From: Octopus vulgaris
Lineage: Eukaryota
Assembly (NCBI GenBank): GCA_951406725.2
Contig: OX597821.1
Location: 9,548,001-9,612,000, forward strand
Reading direction: 5' to 3'
DNA: 64,000 nucleotides
In this document: one piece after another, positions 1 to 14,091 of the stretch
Layout: each line of letters opens with the position of its first letter
How positions within the stretch are numbered: the stretch's first letter is position 1
Made by a program: the position numbers and the translations under genes
The notes under the pieces: model-generated
Seen by the model: the letters and a program-made list of their open reading frames with translations, nothing else
The model's database searches: none
What the model was told of the DNA's origin: nothing

Positions 1-100
1 TTGGTCGACCCGGGGCTATAGCAGAAGACACTTGCCCAAGTTGCCACGCGGTGGGACTGAACCCGGAACCATGTGGCTGGTTAGCAAGCTACTTACCTGC
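1..100 (-). mobile_element. tRNA-derived SINE, family A (head portion, cut by window start)
   Basis: Matches 9558-9660 and the reverse complement of 18052-18165 (GGTTCCGGGTTCAGTCCCAC B-box-like motif, CTTGGGCAAGTGTCTTCT core). Confidence 0.8.
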
Positions 101-102
101 GC

Positions 103-504
103 CTTGTTCATAACGAAAAGTTAGACAACAATGAAACAGTTGCTTCTAAACTCTACTGTGATCAACGTCATCATTCGAAAGCGGCTTTGAAAAGAAATGA
201 CCCCTGTCTAGTCAACACAAAGCGTGCCATCTTCCACCATGATAATGCTCGTTCTCACACACCTCGACTGACCGAAGATCTCTTCGGATATTCTACAGGC
301 TTTGCTCCTTTTTATCATCACTTGTTGCGGGGACTACAGAACCATTTGAATGGTCTTAAGTTGCATCAATAGAAGAGGTTGAAAATGAGTTGGATTCATA
401 TTTCGCATCAAAACCTAAACAGTTTTACAAACGTGACATTTATAAGCTTAATAAGAGATGGGATGACGTTCTAGAAAGCAATGGAAATTATGTTAATGAA
501 TAAA
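103..504 (+). pseudogene. Decayed Tc1/mariner transposase, C-terminal fragment
   Basis: ORF 187-372 has IFHHDNARSHT (mariner HDNARPH) and YSTGFAPFYHHLL..LQNHL (degenerate YSPDLAPSDYHLF); disrupted. Confidence 0.75.
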
Positions 505-1405
505 TCTTTATTTCTTTATTGCCCACAGAGAGCTAACCATAGAGGGAGAAATAATGACAGGCAAAGGGATTAAGTCGATTACATCGACGGCAGTGCGTAA
601 TTGATACTTTTTTACGCGACCTCGAAAGGAAGACAGTAAAGTCGACCTCGGCGAAATGTGAACCCGGAACGTAACGACAGACGAAATACAACTAAGCATT
701 TCGCCCGACGTGCTAACGATTCTGCTAACTCACCGCCTGTTAACGAATAAATATTATTTTCTACTCTAGGCAGAAAGCCCAACATTTTTGGGGAGGGGCG
801 CAGTCGATTACATCGACCCAAGTGTGTAATTGTTTACATTGACCCCAGTGGTATTTATTCACATCGATCCCAGTGGTATTTATTTAATCGACCCCCTAAA
901 TGGTGAAAGGTAAAGCAGACCCCGGTGGGAATTTAGCGCAATGACAGACGAAATACCTCTAAGCATTTCGCCTGGCGTGTTAATGTTTCTTATTCTTTTA
1001 TTGCCCACAAGGGGCTAAACATAGAGAGGACAAACAAGGGAAGATAAAGGGATTATGTCGGTTACATCGACCACAGTGCGAAACTGGTACTTAATTTATC
1101 GACCCCGTAAGAAGGACAGGTGATGTCGACCTCGACGGAAATTGGATTTTGAGCGTAAGATAGACGAAATACCTATATCTTTACTACCCACAAGGAGCTA
1201 AACACAGAGAGGACAAACAAGGACAGACAAACGGATTAAGTTGATTATATCGACCCCAGTGCGTAACTGGTACTTAATTCATCGACCCCGAATGGATGAA
1301 AGGAAAGTCGACCGCGGTGGAATTTGAACTCAGAACGTAGCGGCAGACGAAATACTTCTAAGCATTTCGCCCGGCGTGCTAATGTTTTTGCCAGCTCGCC
1401 GCCCA
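505..1405 (-). mobile_element. Cluster of about 4 tandem or partial copies of SINE family B
   Basis: Repeated blocks reverse-complementary to 7265-7500 (GTCGACCTCGGCG, ACATCGACCCCAGTGCG, TTATTGCCCACAAGGGGCTAAAC); the most complete copy is ~1178-1405. Confidence 0.8.
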
Positions 1406-3599
1406 TTAACGAATAAATGGGCTTTTTCAATATTAACAGCGACTCTAAACTCGGCCATAACATTTGCGCCGACCTGATACATAAAGATACAAATGCAAGC
1501 ACAGACACACATACATACACCCATATATGGATGAATGTTCTGATATAATAAAACATATATGCGCACGTGCTTTCAGGAAAGCAGTAAAATGACTTACTAT
1601 TATTGAATAGTACCTAACCTTTGTATACGGCTTCCATTTAATTATTGAACCTTGGAACTTTTGCGGAAAAGTACCAAAAACTCGTTGCAATTTATAATCA
1701 TATTTATTATATTTAGCGTAATATCAGTAAAATATGATACGACTTAGTTAGGTATCAGACGATACTGTAGAGCTTTTTCGCAAATCATACGTATAATTTA
1801 TATACTCGTGCTGGAAAAGTTTTAAGTCATCTTTGCAGATTCTCGTCAAATTTATGAAATCATATTCACATATTTATTCCAAATACTGAGCAGTGCAATG
1901 TGAAGGTATTTGTCTCATTTCCCCACACAAAGATGGATTTATACAGTCATAATTTGTTCCCAATATTAAATATAAAATTATATGTTAATATCGGGAAAGT
2001 GGTGTCAACATGTGCGCGTGCGGGGGTGCTTTAGTGTGTACACACATAGACTCACTCATCCAGATATACATATACATGTATAAAGATATATAGGTATGAA
2101 TATATATGTATATACATATATACACACACGCGCACACACATATATACACACGCACATACACTCACACATTTTAATAATACTAAAACTCTAGGGATGTTTT
2201 GTGTACGCTAAATATCTGACAAATTCTATATTTCATCTTAATTTTTTTTTTACCATAGTTATTTTCATACTTACCTTCGGCAATGCCACATATTTTTGTC
2301 ACATTTAGACCTCTATTTATTAATGAAAACGAGTAAACACAATTTTTGCGTTTACTCGTGACGTCAATACATATACACACATACAGATTACAGACATATA
2401 TTGAATGTCATGGCGTGTCAATCAACGCGAACACCCGTCTGCTATCTCTGACATATACACAAACACATAGTCTTCGCGCTTTCTAGAAAAAAGTTTAAAA
2501 AACCTGGACTTTTGACGTACACAGTATTTTAATCACTTAGAAATTTTTCAACTAAATTAATTTTAAAAATATAAGTTGTTCCTACAGTAAGTATTTATAT
2601 TTTAGCCCTCTTTAAACAGACAATATTAATGGCATTTTCTTTAATTATTTTCAAGTTGGGAATTTCTGTATTTTATATTTATTTACTTTTGTTTTAAAGT
2701 GTAAGATGAGAACGTCAAAGATGTATGTACGTCTATATGAAATGGACGTGCGTGTGTGAAAGAGAGACGGAGAAAGAGAGACAGAGAAAAAGATTGGGAG
2801 TGAGTGAAGGGGTGTGTTGTAATGTATACGTGCAAACGTCAATACATATACGTACATCTTTTTTATGGACGTGTGCATGTGTGTGAGTGAGAAAGATAGG
2901 TAGAGAGAGAGAGAGAGAGAGAGAGTGAGTGAGTGAGTGAGTGAGTGGACGTGTGTGTTCTCATGTATGTGTAAGTGGCTCCTTCTCTGTCTCACACACA
3001 CACACTCGCCCACTTCATATACTCGTTCAAACATCTTTCACTTTCTCCTCTCTCTCACTTTAAAACAAATGTAAATGAATATAATTTTTACAGGAAGTAA
3101 CCAACAAAACCAGCTGATCCGTATTTCAGTTCTGAGAGTCAAAGTGAAAGATCTCCCCAACAGATTACCATTACAATTTTTTTATTTGAGTGATTTCAAT
3201 GTATCTCAGCGCAAAAGATTTGGCTGCTTTTTCTAGCGCGCCCGCTACCATGTAACAGCTATTTATGATAAAGGACCCGAAATAGTTGTTATCTGGTAGC
3301 AGGGCGGGCAAGAAATAACAGCCAACACTTTCATTTTCCGAAGAAAGGAGCCGTTTACGCGTGATTTCGAAGTCAAATTCGTTGAAAGCATGCGAAATAA
3401 CCTGGAAAAGAAAAAAAATCCATAATACAAAACTCCGTTGCTGGGAACTCAGATCTTCTAGGTGACTCGTTGCTCACCTGTAGTCTAGTATATATATAAA
3501 ATTAAGTAGATGTGTTAGGAATGATTGTATGTAAGGAAATACTTGTTAACTTTCTTATCTCCATTTTATATATATATATATTTATATATATAGTGTCGT

Positions 3600-4500
3600 T
3601 AGACCCGACTAGAGTGTTAGACAATACCTATATTGTTAGAAATAAGAGTTAAAAATTCTCATGAATGAAAACATGTACACTAACAGGGACTATAATGTCC
3701 GCAATGTGTTGATGGAGAATGTTTAATACTGACGCGTCACTTTCGGCAATTTCCATCGCCTTATCAGTCACGCTAGTACAGCTTTGTCTCTATCCGGACG
3801 CGCTTCGCCATTGGTATATATGTTTTCGTTATCCAAATAATTGGATGATTTCGCGATTCACTAATATATTTATATAAAATAAATATAAACGATCTTTAAC
3901 CAAAAAGGAGAATTACAAATGTCACTAAATGCCACTAGGGTGTTAGACAACAGCCGCTTTACTAGAAATAAAAGCTAAAACATTCTAATGCTGTAGTTAA
4001 GGCATTTAAATGAAGACATATACTCTAACAGGGACCATAATCGTCCGAAAAGTGCCGATCGAATATGATGAGGCGATTGATAAGGAGACGGAAATTGCCG
4101 AAAGTGGCGCGTCACTATGAGGCATTCTCAATCGGCAGTTTTCGCATGATTATGGTCCCTATTAATGTACGTTTCTTTCATGTGCTTTAACCGCAGCATT
4201 AGAGCGTTTTAGCTAATATTTCGAGCAAAGTAGTTGTTGCCTAACAACCTAGTCACATTTAGTGAGGCATGTATTTCTCCTTTCGGTTGAAAGACTGTAA
4301 ACTGCTGTTCATATTAATTTTATATATACATATAACCGAATCACTAAATGATCCAGTTATTTGGATGAGTAAAATATATATACTAATGGCGAAGCGAGCC
4401 AGTTGGCTTAACAGATAAGGCGTTGGAAATTGCCGAAATGGAGGTGATGCCGTGTAACACCCTAGCCGTATTTGGTGACATTTGTATTTCTCTTTTTCGT
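3600..4500. repeat. Foldback/MITE-like repeat: a ~330-bp unit in direct and inverted copies
   Basis: ACTAGGGTGTTAGACAAC (3934) pairs with GTTGCCTAACAACCTAGT (4253); imperfect pairing extends to ~3740/4440; related copy at ~10600-10960. Confidence 0.65.
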
Positions 4501-4526
4501 GAAACATTGTAGCCTGTTATTCATAC

Positions 4527-4563
<37 letters not shown>

Positions 4564-4882
4564 ACGCATTATGTGTGTATATATGTATGCTCATTAAAAA
4601 TACGTATGCATCATAACAGCGGAAAAAGCAGCTTTCTTCATATGAAGAATATATTGTTTACTTCACCATTTCAATTCTTTGCTGCTAAAGAATGAATTAT
4701 ACATCAGTATAAATATGACATATATTGACAAAAAATAGAATTGTGTATATGCATGCATAAAATAAATCTATATGTATACATAGTTGCTATTTGCTATCTA
4801 ATATAAAAGGATACATTTTCATTATTGGGTGATACAAAGATACCTGCACTTTTACATATGAAAATATACATACATATGTGCG

Positions 4883-4920
<38 letters not shown>

Positions 4921-5178
4921 GTTGATTACTACGTTGTTCAGGTTGGTGTGTGCGTGTGGATACGCATTTAACAAACTTCGTCGACACATTACAATCTTTC
5001 TATTGGCCACCAAAACTTTTGTGTAAAAACGTCATAAACTTGTTCACAATTTTTTTTAAAATTCAGATATATAATGTAGGTTAAAATTTAATGGATGAAA
5101 AATATCAAACCATTAATTTAATTTATATATAATTCATATCTCTTGAATTATCATCTAAAAATTCATACACATTCCGTT

Positions 5179-5210
<32 letters not shown>

Positions 5211-5949
5211 AGTCGTCGTCGTCGTAGAAATTATGTTTATTACTATTATTTTTTTGGTTTGGCTCAGGTTTGGTCGTATATATATATATTGTATGCACAA
5301 AAAGATGTATGACGGCAGCTGTTATTGTGAGTGTAAATAAAGAAATGACTATTATTTTGGGTTTATGAAATACTGAGAAAATGTAGGAGAAGTTCATATA
5401 AACAAAAATTGGTTCCTACGTACGATTCACTATTATGGCTCATCTGAAGAAATCATCAGAGGAATACATTATTACATTTAGTGAGAGAGACGTAATGCCC
5501 AGAATTGAATAGGAGAGGCATTCTATGAGCATTTCGAAAGGGAAGTAGATGGAACGATTTTGCGTGTGCAGGAAAAAATGGACTAAGGAAGATGGGTGAT
5601 GGGACAATGAAAGGGAGACGGGGAAAACAAACAGTAAGTAAAAGGGGAAAAAGGAATATATATCTAAAACAGTAGAAAATAAATGGAGACGAAATAAAAA
5701 TGCGGAAAAAGAAAGGAAAGAGTAAAAATGTATACTGGACAATCACAACAGAGATAATGAAAACTATGAAATACAAAATATATAACATGATGATTTATGT
5801 AAGATAGATATAAAATAGATATAGAGAATAAATACATAAATAAGTCTAAGATATGGGGAAAGATGATCAGAGACGAGTATACACGGAGGGAAAGGAACCG
5901 AGATGACCCAAAGACCAGAGGTTGGAAATGAGCTTAGAAATTAATAATA

Positions 5950-7100
5950 TAACCTTGTTTATATATAAACTATGCTTTGCAAAAATTTTTGTTGCAGTTA
6001 AGCAAACATTTGAGTAATACCACGATGTATGTTTTGTTCAAATTCGCTTGACTTTAAATTTTACCTATATAAAACAAAATTCATTCTTTTCTCCCTGAAG
6101 CCAAAGTACAATTTTTTTCTCTAATCTCATTGTATCATACAGGAATTGATGTTACAATGGGATTTAAGCGACGTTTCGGGAAGCATTACCTCAGCCTGTT
6201 TCCAATTTTGCATCACCTCCTCTTAATGTTCTTTGGGTTGGTTTCCATGACACAATATACTACTCATGAAAGGCAGCGATGTATATGGACAATCCTTCAT
6301 GTACAGATGGTTATCAGACATTTCTTGAAAGTAATTACTTACATAGCTGTTGAAGTTAATGGGACAATATTCATCCTGGAATTATTTCTTTCAGATAAAT
6401 ATAAAGTAAAGGCAAACTAACTTACAAAAAATATATCTGCCGTAATGTGATTACATACTAGTATATTATTTCTGTAACAGATGTATAGCATAAACTCACA
6501 CCCTCGAATGATAGGTAAATGTGATAATCGTATCAACTGTACAATATTATCAGTATAACATTATACAGGTTGTGCAGGTCATTTTGCGCGAACGGTTGTG
6601 TTGTAAGGAAGCCAGTTTGAGTGTTTTGAGACTATATACCAATAAGTAAAGGTTGTTATTACGAATATCGTTTTGTATTTTCCCGATTTTGATTCCCAAT
6701 TTCCATAAAGTTCTTTTTAATATACGATCATTTGAACGGAAACGTTGTTAATGACCATAGTTCAAGGGGGGAAAATGATAATGACATCCGTTCACGCACC
6801 ACTAGGAATTTCTAATGATTCACTAGCAGAACATTGCGCTATACCGTTTTGCTGAAATGATAGTAAAATTTACGTCTAAGGAAAATGATTTGGGAAATGG
6901 CCTATTTCTGTTGCTTTCCTTGGAATGTTAAAAATCATTTGGAGATTAACTGTCGGAATCTGGCTTAATTAATACCTAAAAAATTCAGTCTCACTATATC
7001 TGAAAAGCATGTCATATTGTTGTTGCTATACAGCAAAAATTTCATCAGTATCTGTTATAATATGTCAGTAAACTGATGAGTGAAATAACTATCTTATGCT
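5950..7100 (-). pseudogene. Possible highly decayed hAT (Charlie/Buster-like) transposase
   Basis: Manual minus-strand reading gives motif-like remnants in the expected order (LPYNTTVRAK, VHIHRCL, KRRLNP, HTSWYYSNVCL); many stops and frameshifts. Confidence 0.25.
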
Positions 7101-7264
7101 CGCGAATGCATAAAAGCATTTTGGGGTCATAAAAAAACCATTCTCTTCCATAGCTATTAGTTTCTCTATATCTTTACATTTTGCTCCATTTTCGTTCTAA
7201 CTTTTGTGTTTGCATTTCATAGCTGGGACATAAATGTATTAATAGTTGGGACATAAAAATATCA

Positions 7265-7502
7265 AAGGCGGCGAGCTGGCAGAACCGTTAGCACGCCGGG
7301 CAATATGCTCAGCGGTATTTCGTCTGCCGTCACGTTCTGAGTTCAAATTCCGCCGAGGTTGACTTTGCCTTTCATCCTTTCGGGGTGGATAAATTAAGTA
7401 CCAGTTAAAGCACTGGGGTTGATGTAATCGACTTAATCCCTTTGCCTATCCTTGTTTGTCCCTTCTATGTTTAGCCCCTTGTGGGTAGTAAAGAAATAGG
7501 TA
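7265..7502 (+). mobile_element. SINE family B, full-length copy
   Basis: tRNA-like head GGCGGCGAGCTGGCAGAA...GAGTTCAAATTCC; central GCCTTTCATCCTTTCGGGGT.GATAAATTAAGTACCAG; tail GCCCCTTGTGGGTAGTAAAGAAAT. Confidence 0.85.
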
Positions 7503-7784
7503 TTTTACCGGGATTGTTATGAATAGGGGCAGAAACGTCTGCGAAAACGGTTCACTAACACAGCAAATGTGAATGAGGAACCAACCAACAGACCATAAAA
7601 CTTTCATGACATCACTTCCGGGTCGATATCCGTTTCCTCTCAAATTTTATAATACGGCTTGTAAAACGCCTCTCCAGGAGATTAAGCAAACACACATACG
7701 CAATGTAATTCAGTTCACTAATGTGTTTGTACGTACGCGCGCGTGTGTGTGTGCGTGTGTGTCTGTGAATCTTATATAAAATCT

Positions 7785-7980
7785 TTACTCGTTTCAGTTA
7801 TTAGACTGCGGCTATGCTGGAACATCACTTTGAAGATTTTTTTTTCTCAATGAATCAACACTAGTCCATGTATGTTAAGCATGTTACTATCGGTCTCTCT
7901 AGTCCAACCGTCAAGTTACAGGGACATAAACATACCAACCACAGTTGTCGAGCGGTGCTGGGTATGAACAAAAACACACA
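7785..7980 (-). mobile_element. SINE family A, 3' fragment
   Basis: Similar to 9275-9470 (TTTCAGT.ATT.GACTGCGGC.ATGCTGGA). Confidence 0.65.
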
Positions 7981-8127
7981 CGTAGACATATATACATATA
8001 TGCATGTGTGTTGATGTGTCTGTGAATGTATATATAATTATATCTTTAAATATATCCATGTGAATATACATATTCATGCATGAATACGCGCATGTTTATT
8101 TACTTAAGTTTATAGTTACAAGTATGT

Positions 8128-8174
<47 letters not shown>

Positions 8175-8829
8175 CACTCACACACAGACACAGACACCCA
8201 CACACACACACATACACATATATATTGGAGCATTTACGTATAAACAATAATAGAAAGGTCGCCTCGCACACGCGTTGACGCAGACAGCGACTATACATAT
8301 ACATGAGCACAATCGTACGGTGAATTTTTTAAATTACACATATATATTGTGTGAGTGAGTCAAACCTGTGAGTGATTGTAGTTAATATGCTTATGCGTTT
8401 TTAGGTTAATTTCCTCTATGTAAATAGTCCTTAATTATGTACATTTAAAACCCACTTCGAAAAAAGATATATTTTGGAAAATATTTGTTAGCCGCACGTT
8501 GAATTCCCCATATAATGGAGCCCCAATTAGAGTACAATTATGTATAATATATAAAATGTTTTTATTATATTTGTGTGAAAATAATTGCGCATTGCAAGCA
8601 ATATAGTGAATACGTTAAGAAAATTGTGAAACAGTTTATGTGTCATACAGATGTACATACAGACACACAGACGCGCATACAAACGTATAAACATACATAT
8701 CAATGAGGAGATATCTCAATGTATATATATATATATACATATATACTCATATATATATATTTATGTGTGTACGAATGTGTGCACGTGCCTGAGTGTGAGG
8801 GTCTATGTGTGTGTATGTATATAATACAT

Positions 8830-8903
<74 letters not shown>

Positions 8904-9254
8904 TTTCTACATGTGTACATTTGTATGTATCTCCTTTATGTATGCTTATAGATGAAGCATATGTAAATATATTTTAGAAAATTGTTGAATCACTATTATA
9001 CACATACACGTAAATGTTTCCTTACGACAGAGTGGATTAAAAATAATATCTGTCAAAATGTAAGGATAATTGTGCCAAGTGTGTCAATATTTGATAATTG
9101 TCAAGCATCTCAATGGATTCACTGAAAGCCAAACCGTCAAAATTTTCCAGTAAAGGATAATGTATGCATACATATTCCGCCAGAACTTGCATGCATCCTC
9201 CACCATGTTTTCGTATCATGCGAGCAGACGATGATAAAATAATATATCACTATA

Positions 9255-9672
9255 CTCTTTACTCTTTTTACTCTTTTACTTGTTTCAGTCATTTGACTGC
9301 GGCCATGCTGGAGCACCGCCTTTAGTCGAGCAAATCGACCCCGGGACTTATTCTTTGTAAGCCCAGTACTTATTATATCGGTCTCTTTTGCCGAACCGCT
9401 AAGTGACGGGGACGTAAACACGCTAGCATCGGTTGTCAAGCAATGCTAGAGAGACAAATACAGACAAACATATACACACACATACATATATATATATATA
9501 TACATATATACGACAGGCTTCTTTCAGTTTCCGTCTACCAAATCCACTCACAAGGCTTTGGTCGGCCCGAGGCTATAGCAGAAGACACTTGCCCAAGATG
9601 CCACGCAGTGGACTGAACCCGGAGCCATGGTGTTGGTTAGCAAGCTACTTACCACACAGTCACTCTTGCGCC
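9255..9672 (-). mobile_element. SINE family A, full-length copy
   Basis: Reverse complement of 18052-18449; tail of GAGTAAAA repeats. Confidence 0.85.
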
Positions 9673-10149
9673 ACTATGGAAAGATTCAGACAACAATTCT
9701 AAGATGTCAGTGTTATTTCAGCAAGAACAACAGGCTTACCAGTGTTATACATAAGTACTCATAGGTGAGAGGAGGTTGAGGCGGCAGTATATAATTTTGA
9801 AGGCATATCTTATATTCCAATTGGCTCAAGGAAATTCACACTATCTGATGTAAATCTTGGATGCTCGGTGTTCGTTTTTTTGTGTGTGTGAAAAGTACAT
9901 ATAAATCAAGTTATATAGTGTTAAAAACCGTATCGGTCGCTAAATTAGAATCGATTAAAAGGACAAGTGAAAATAGATCTAAAACATCAACATTAGAACA
10001 AAGAAGCTTTTAATGAGATTCTGTTTGTATGTAAATGCTTTCGTAAATATTCACGTAAACACATGTAGTCACACACACACATCTTTGTGTTTGCGTGTGT
10101 GCGTGTATATATGTGTGTATATATGTATACATACATTCATACACACACA

Positions 10150-10209
<60 letters not shown>

Positions 10210-10521
10210 ATGAAGGGTGAAATTAATTAATTTGGAATAATTATCAATTACACCAAGTAGTCTTCGGCATGTAAAAGCCTCATTCGAGGATCTTATGCTT
10301 TCCTAAAAACTTGATTTCGAAACGTGCGTCCGTAGATAACTTAAAATTGTATGATAGATTGCCGTCAATTCATTCTCTCTTACCTGTTTGTGTCTGCCTT
10401 CCAATTGCTGTTTTTACTGAGATCTCCCTTTTTAGTAGAAGAAATAGCTATAACTCTTTGACTGCTATTTCTAAATTCGGTCTGTGGTAAGGCAATTCGT
10501 TGCTAAACCCTTTATTGCTTA

Positions 10522-10582
<61 letters not shown>

Positions 10583-11139
10583 TGTAAACAGCAGGTTGCA
10601 ATGTTTCACCAAAAAGGAGAATTGTAATTATCAATAAATGTGAGTAGGGTGTTAAAACACACGTACATTGCTAGAAATAAGAGCTAAAAGGCTCTAATAC
10701 TATAGTTAACGCACATGTGAAAACGCATATACACTAAGAGGTACCATAATTGCCCGAAAAATACCAACCGAGAATTCTGACTGGCGTGACAATTCGGTAA
10801 TTTTCGTTGGCATCATCACTTAAGCCAGCTCGGCGTTTGGTTATTTCCGGATCTCCCGCTCTATTAACATATATGTTTTCCCCACCTAAATGTATTTAGC
10901 AATGATTTAGCAATTCGCTAATGTATATACACAAAATTAGTGTAAACAATAGCAAAAAAAAAATAATAATACACATAAATGGCACATATTTAGGAATAAT
11001 TTATCTAATAACTCGGATAATGAGGAAAAACAGAGTCAAGGATGCTCCAGCAATTACAATGAAATTAAAATCATATAAAAATACAGGAATAATACCACGG
11101 ACAGTGAATGCGCTGAAAATTTGCATGCTGATAATACAC

Positions 11140-11528
11140 TTATAGTGGCACTCCGTCGGTAACGACGACGAGAGTTCCAGTTGATCCGATCAAGAGAACA
11201 GCCTGCTCGTGAGATTAACGTGCAAGTGACTGAGAACTCCACAGACACGTGCACCCTTAAAGTAGTTCTCGGCGAGATTCAGCGTGATACCCAGTGTGGC
11301 AATGGCTGGCCCTTTGAAATACAGGTACAGCAGAAACAGAAAGAAAGAATGAGAAAAAGTTGTGTTGAAAGAGTTCAGCAGGGTTCGCAACCACCCTCTG
11401 CCGGAACCTCCTGTAGCTTTAGATGTTTTCGCTCAATAAACACTCACAACGCCCGGTCTGTGAATCGAAACCGCAATCCTACAACAGCGAGTCGGCTGCC
11501 CTAACCACTTGGCCTACACAGCCTCCAC
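11140..11528 (-). mobile_element. tRNA-derived SINE family C
   Basis: Colinear with 28980-29340; minus-strand head AGTGGTTAGGGCAGC...GGTTTCGATTC carries Pol III A/B boxes. Confidence 0.8.
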
Positions 11529-12414
11529 ACATATAAGCAGTGATGGACTTAACGAAAGTCAACTGGGCGAAATAAGACAAAATGGGAAAATGCTAGAAGA
11601 AATGCAAAGAAATGAAGAAAAGGGAAAAATGAGCCGCTAGAGGCTAAAACCAATTGTACATTGAGCGATAATAGGCCATACCGTCCTCTACAAAGCCAAT
11701 GCATACGTCAAAGCATAATATACAAATGCACAGTGAGCACCAGCGGAAGCGCATATGCAGATAGAAGAGCCTCAAAAATAGAAATCACGAAGTTAATGAG
11801 AGATTCAATACGATTCTTAAAATGCATTATTTCTTGCTGACGAACCTGATATGGGGACTAAACAATGTAGAATATGTGCAGTAGTAATTTCTCCATCATT
11901 GAAAGAAAATCATATGCATATGGTACTTTCTTCAGGAATTGCTAGCTATGCTCTGATGAATCGCTGTGCATTTTGAGAACTTAACAGATACATGGGAAGA
12001 CTTATACGATGTAACTGGAGACTCAAGTACAAAATTTCGCAATAGCATCAGGACAATCAATTATCATTCTCACTAGATTGTTAGTTGAAATACTCTTTCT
12101 GTTTATATACACTGATATATCCCTTGATTAAATGTAGTTTGTAATTGTTTTTTCAAAAAATTCCAAAATAGCGTGATGTTTAAATTGCATATGTATATGA
12201 AGAAATAAACGCTTCTATATAAACCCATACATACGTGCATATTATATACATAAATATATTCATACATACAGTCATATATATCTGCATATGTGTGTGTACG
12301 TAAATGTAGTTATTGGTATAAATGGATTCGTGTATAGGTGTATATGTTTATTCGTCTATATATGTATATGTAGATTTGAGTATAAGTGAATTATGTAGTC
12401 GCAGGGATGTATGT

Positions 12415-12482
<68 letters not shown>

Positions 12483-12509
12483 CTGTAGAGCATTTCACCT
12501 GTAAGGTAG

Positions 12510-12800
12510 GGATGTTAGTTAGTTAGTTAGTTAATTTTTTGGCTCAAAAAGCAAAAAAGCAAGGGCATGTAGGGGGGCATGGAGTTATGTACAGGGTGGT
12601 GTTCATGTAAAGAGTTCAGGCCACTTGTGGTCAAGGGAGACTTTGAACCGAGCAGTCGTCGGCATCTTCACCACCTCGTCCGGCAGCTTATTCCACGGAT
12701 CCGCAACCCGGACGGAGAAAGCCCCTCTACTACGATTGAGATGAAATCGTCGCAGATAGAGCTTTTCGGAGTGACCCCGCAGCCGATGCATGATAAGAGG
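12510..12800 (-). mobile_element. 3' end of a CR1-type LINE
   Basis: ORF 12603-12791 RRGAFSVRVADPWNKLPDEVV..TTARFKVSLD is the CR1 ORF2 C-terminal motif; followed by a (CTAA)n tail. Confidence 0.75.
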
Positions 12801-13117
12801 ATGGGTCGAAACGATCGTAATGGCATTACAGTCTCGTGAAACACATTTTCTTCTCTCTCACGTTGTTACATGTATATATGAGAGTCTGTGTGTGTATCAG
12901 TCTGTGTGTATATGTTTATATAATTATATCTACACACACAGACACACATACACACATGCACCTCCGAGCGCGCGCGCACACACACACACACAAAGTGACA
13001 CGCACATATATAAATTAGACTTTAATGTGAACTCGTGTGACTTTCACTTTTGTGACTCTCACTTTTGAATACACAAAGGCAAGTCAAATGAAGTCAAATA
13101 TATATATATATATATAT

Positions 13118-13458
13118 AGGTGAAGGCGCATGGCTCAGTGGTTAGAGCGTCGAGCTTACGATCGTGAGGTTGTGAGCTCGAATCCCGGACTGGGCTGCGT
13201 GTTGTGTTCTCAAGCAAGGCACTTTATTTCACGTTTCTCCAGTTCACTCAGCTGTAGAAATGAGTTGCGACGTCACTGGTGCCAAGCTGTATCGACCTTT
13301 GTCTTTCCCTTGGATAACACTGGTGGCGTGGAGAGGGGAGGCTGGTATGCATGGGCGACTGCTGGCCTTCCATAAACAACCTTGCCCGGACTTGTGTCTA
13401 GGAGGGTAACTTTCTAGGTGCAATCCCATGGTCATTCATGACCGAAGGGGGTCTTTAC

Positions 13459-13462
<4 letters not shown>
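13118..13462 (+). mobile_element. tRNA-derived SINE family D, inserted in (TA)n
   Basis: TGGCTCAGTGGTTAGAGCG A-box and GAGCTCGAATCC B-box; homologous to 24525-24860 and 29470-29790. Confidence 0.8.
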
Positions 13463-13496
<34 letters not shown>

Positions 13497-14036
13497 GGGA
13501 GCGCACGCAAGCACACACACACACACTTTTGATATTTTTTCCTGTTTTATCTTTACTTTTTTAGCCATTTACTGCAGCCGTGCAGTTTAGTCGATTGAAA
13601 AGACCCCAGCATTTATGCCTTTCTTCTAAAAGTTCGTATATATTCTATATACTTCTGCTGCACCTCAAATTTATGGGGACGTAAATACATCAGGATTTGC
13701 TGGGAAGAAACACAGACACGCACACGCATACGTGCAACATACATACAACTTCACCACACAAGCATATATACATGAAGGGCTTCTTTCAGTTTCCGACAAT
13801 AAAATCCACTTAGAAATCTTCGTAGGCTGCTGTAGTTCCCGAGAGTGCCAGGCAGTAAAAGCCAGAATTATGTGGATGTGAAACAAACATCCTACAACAA
13901 AGGACTACCTTATGCATACGTGTATGTATATAAGCATGTACATATATTATTCGTAAACATGTCTACCTCCGTACATTTACAAGGTGTTTATGATACATAA
14001 GTTGAACATCTATATGGGTGTATATATATATATATA

Positions 14037-14091
<55 letters not shown>

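Noticed and set aside
13118-13195. tRNA gene candidates here and at 29270-29340
   Set aside because: They continue into conserved SINE bodies, so they are SINE heads rather than tRNAs
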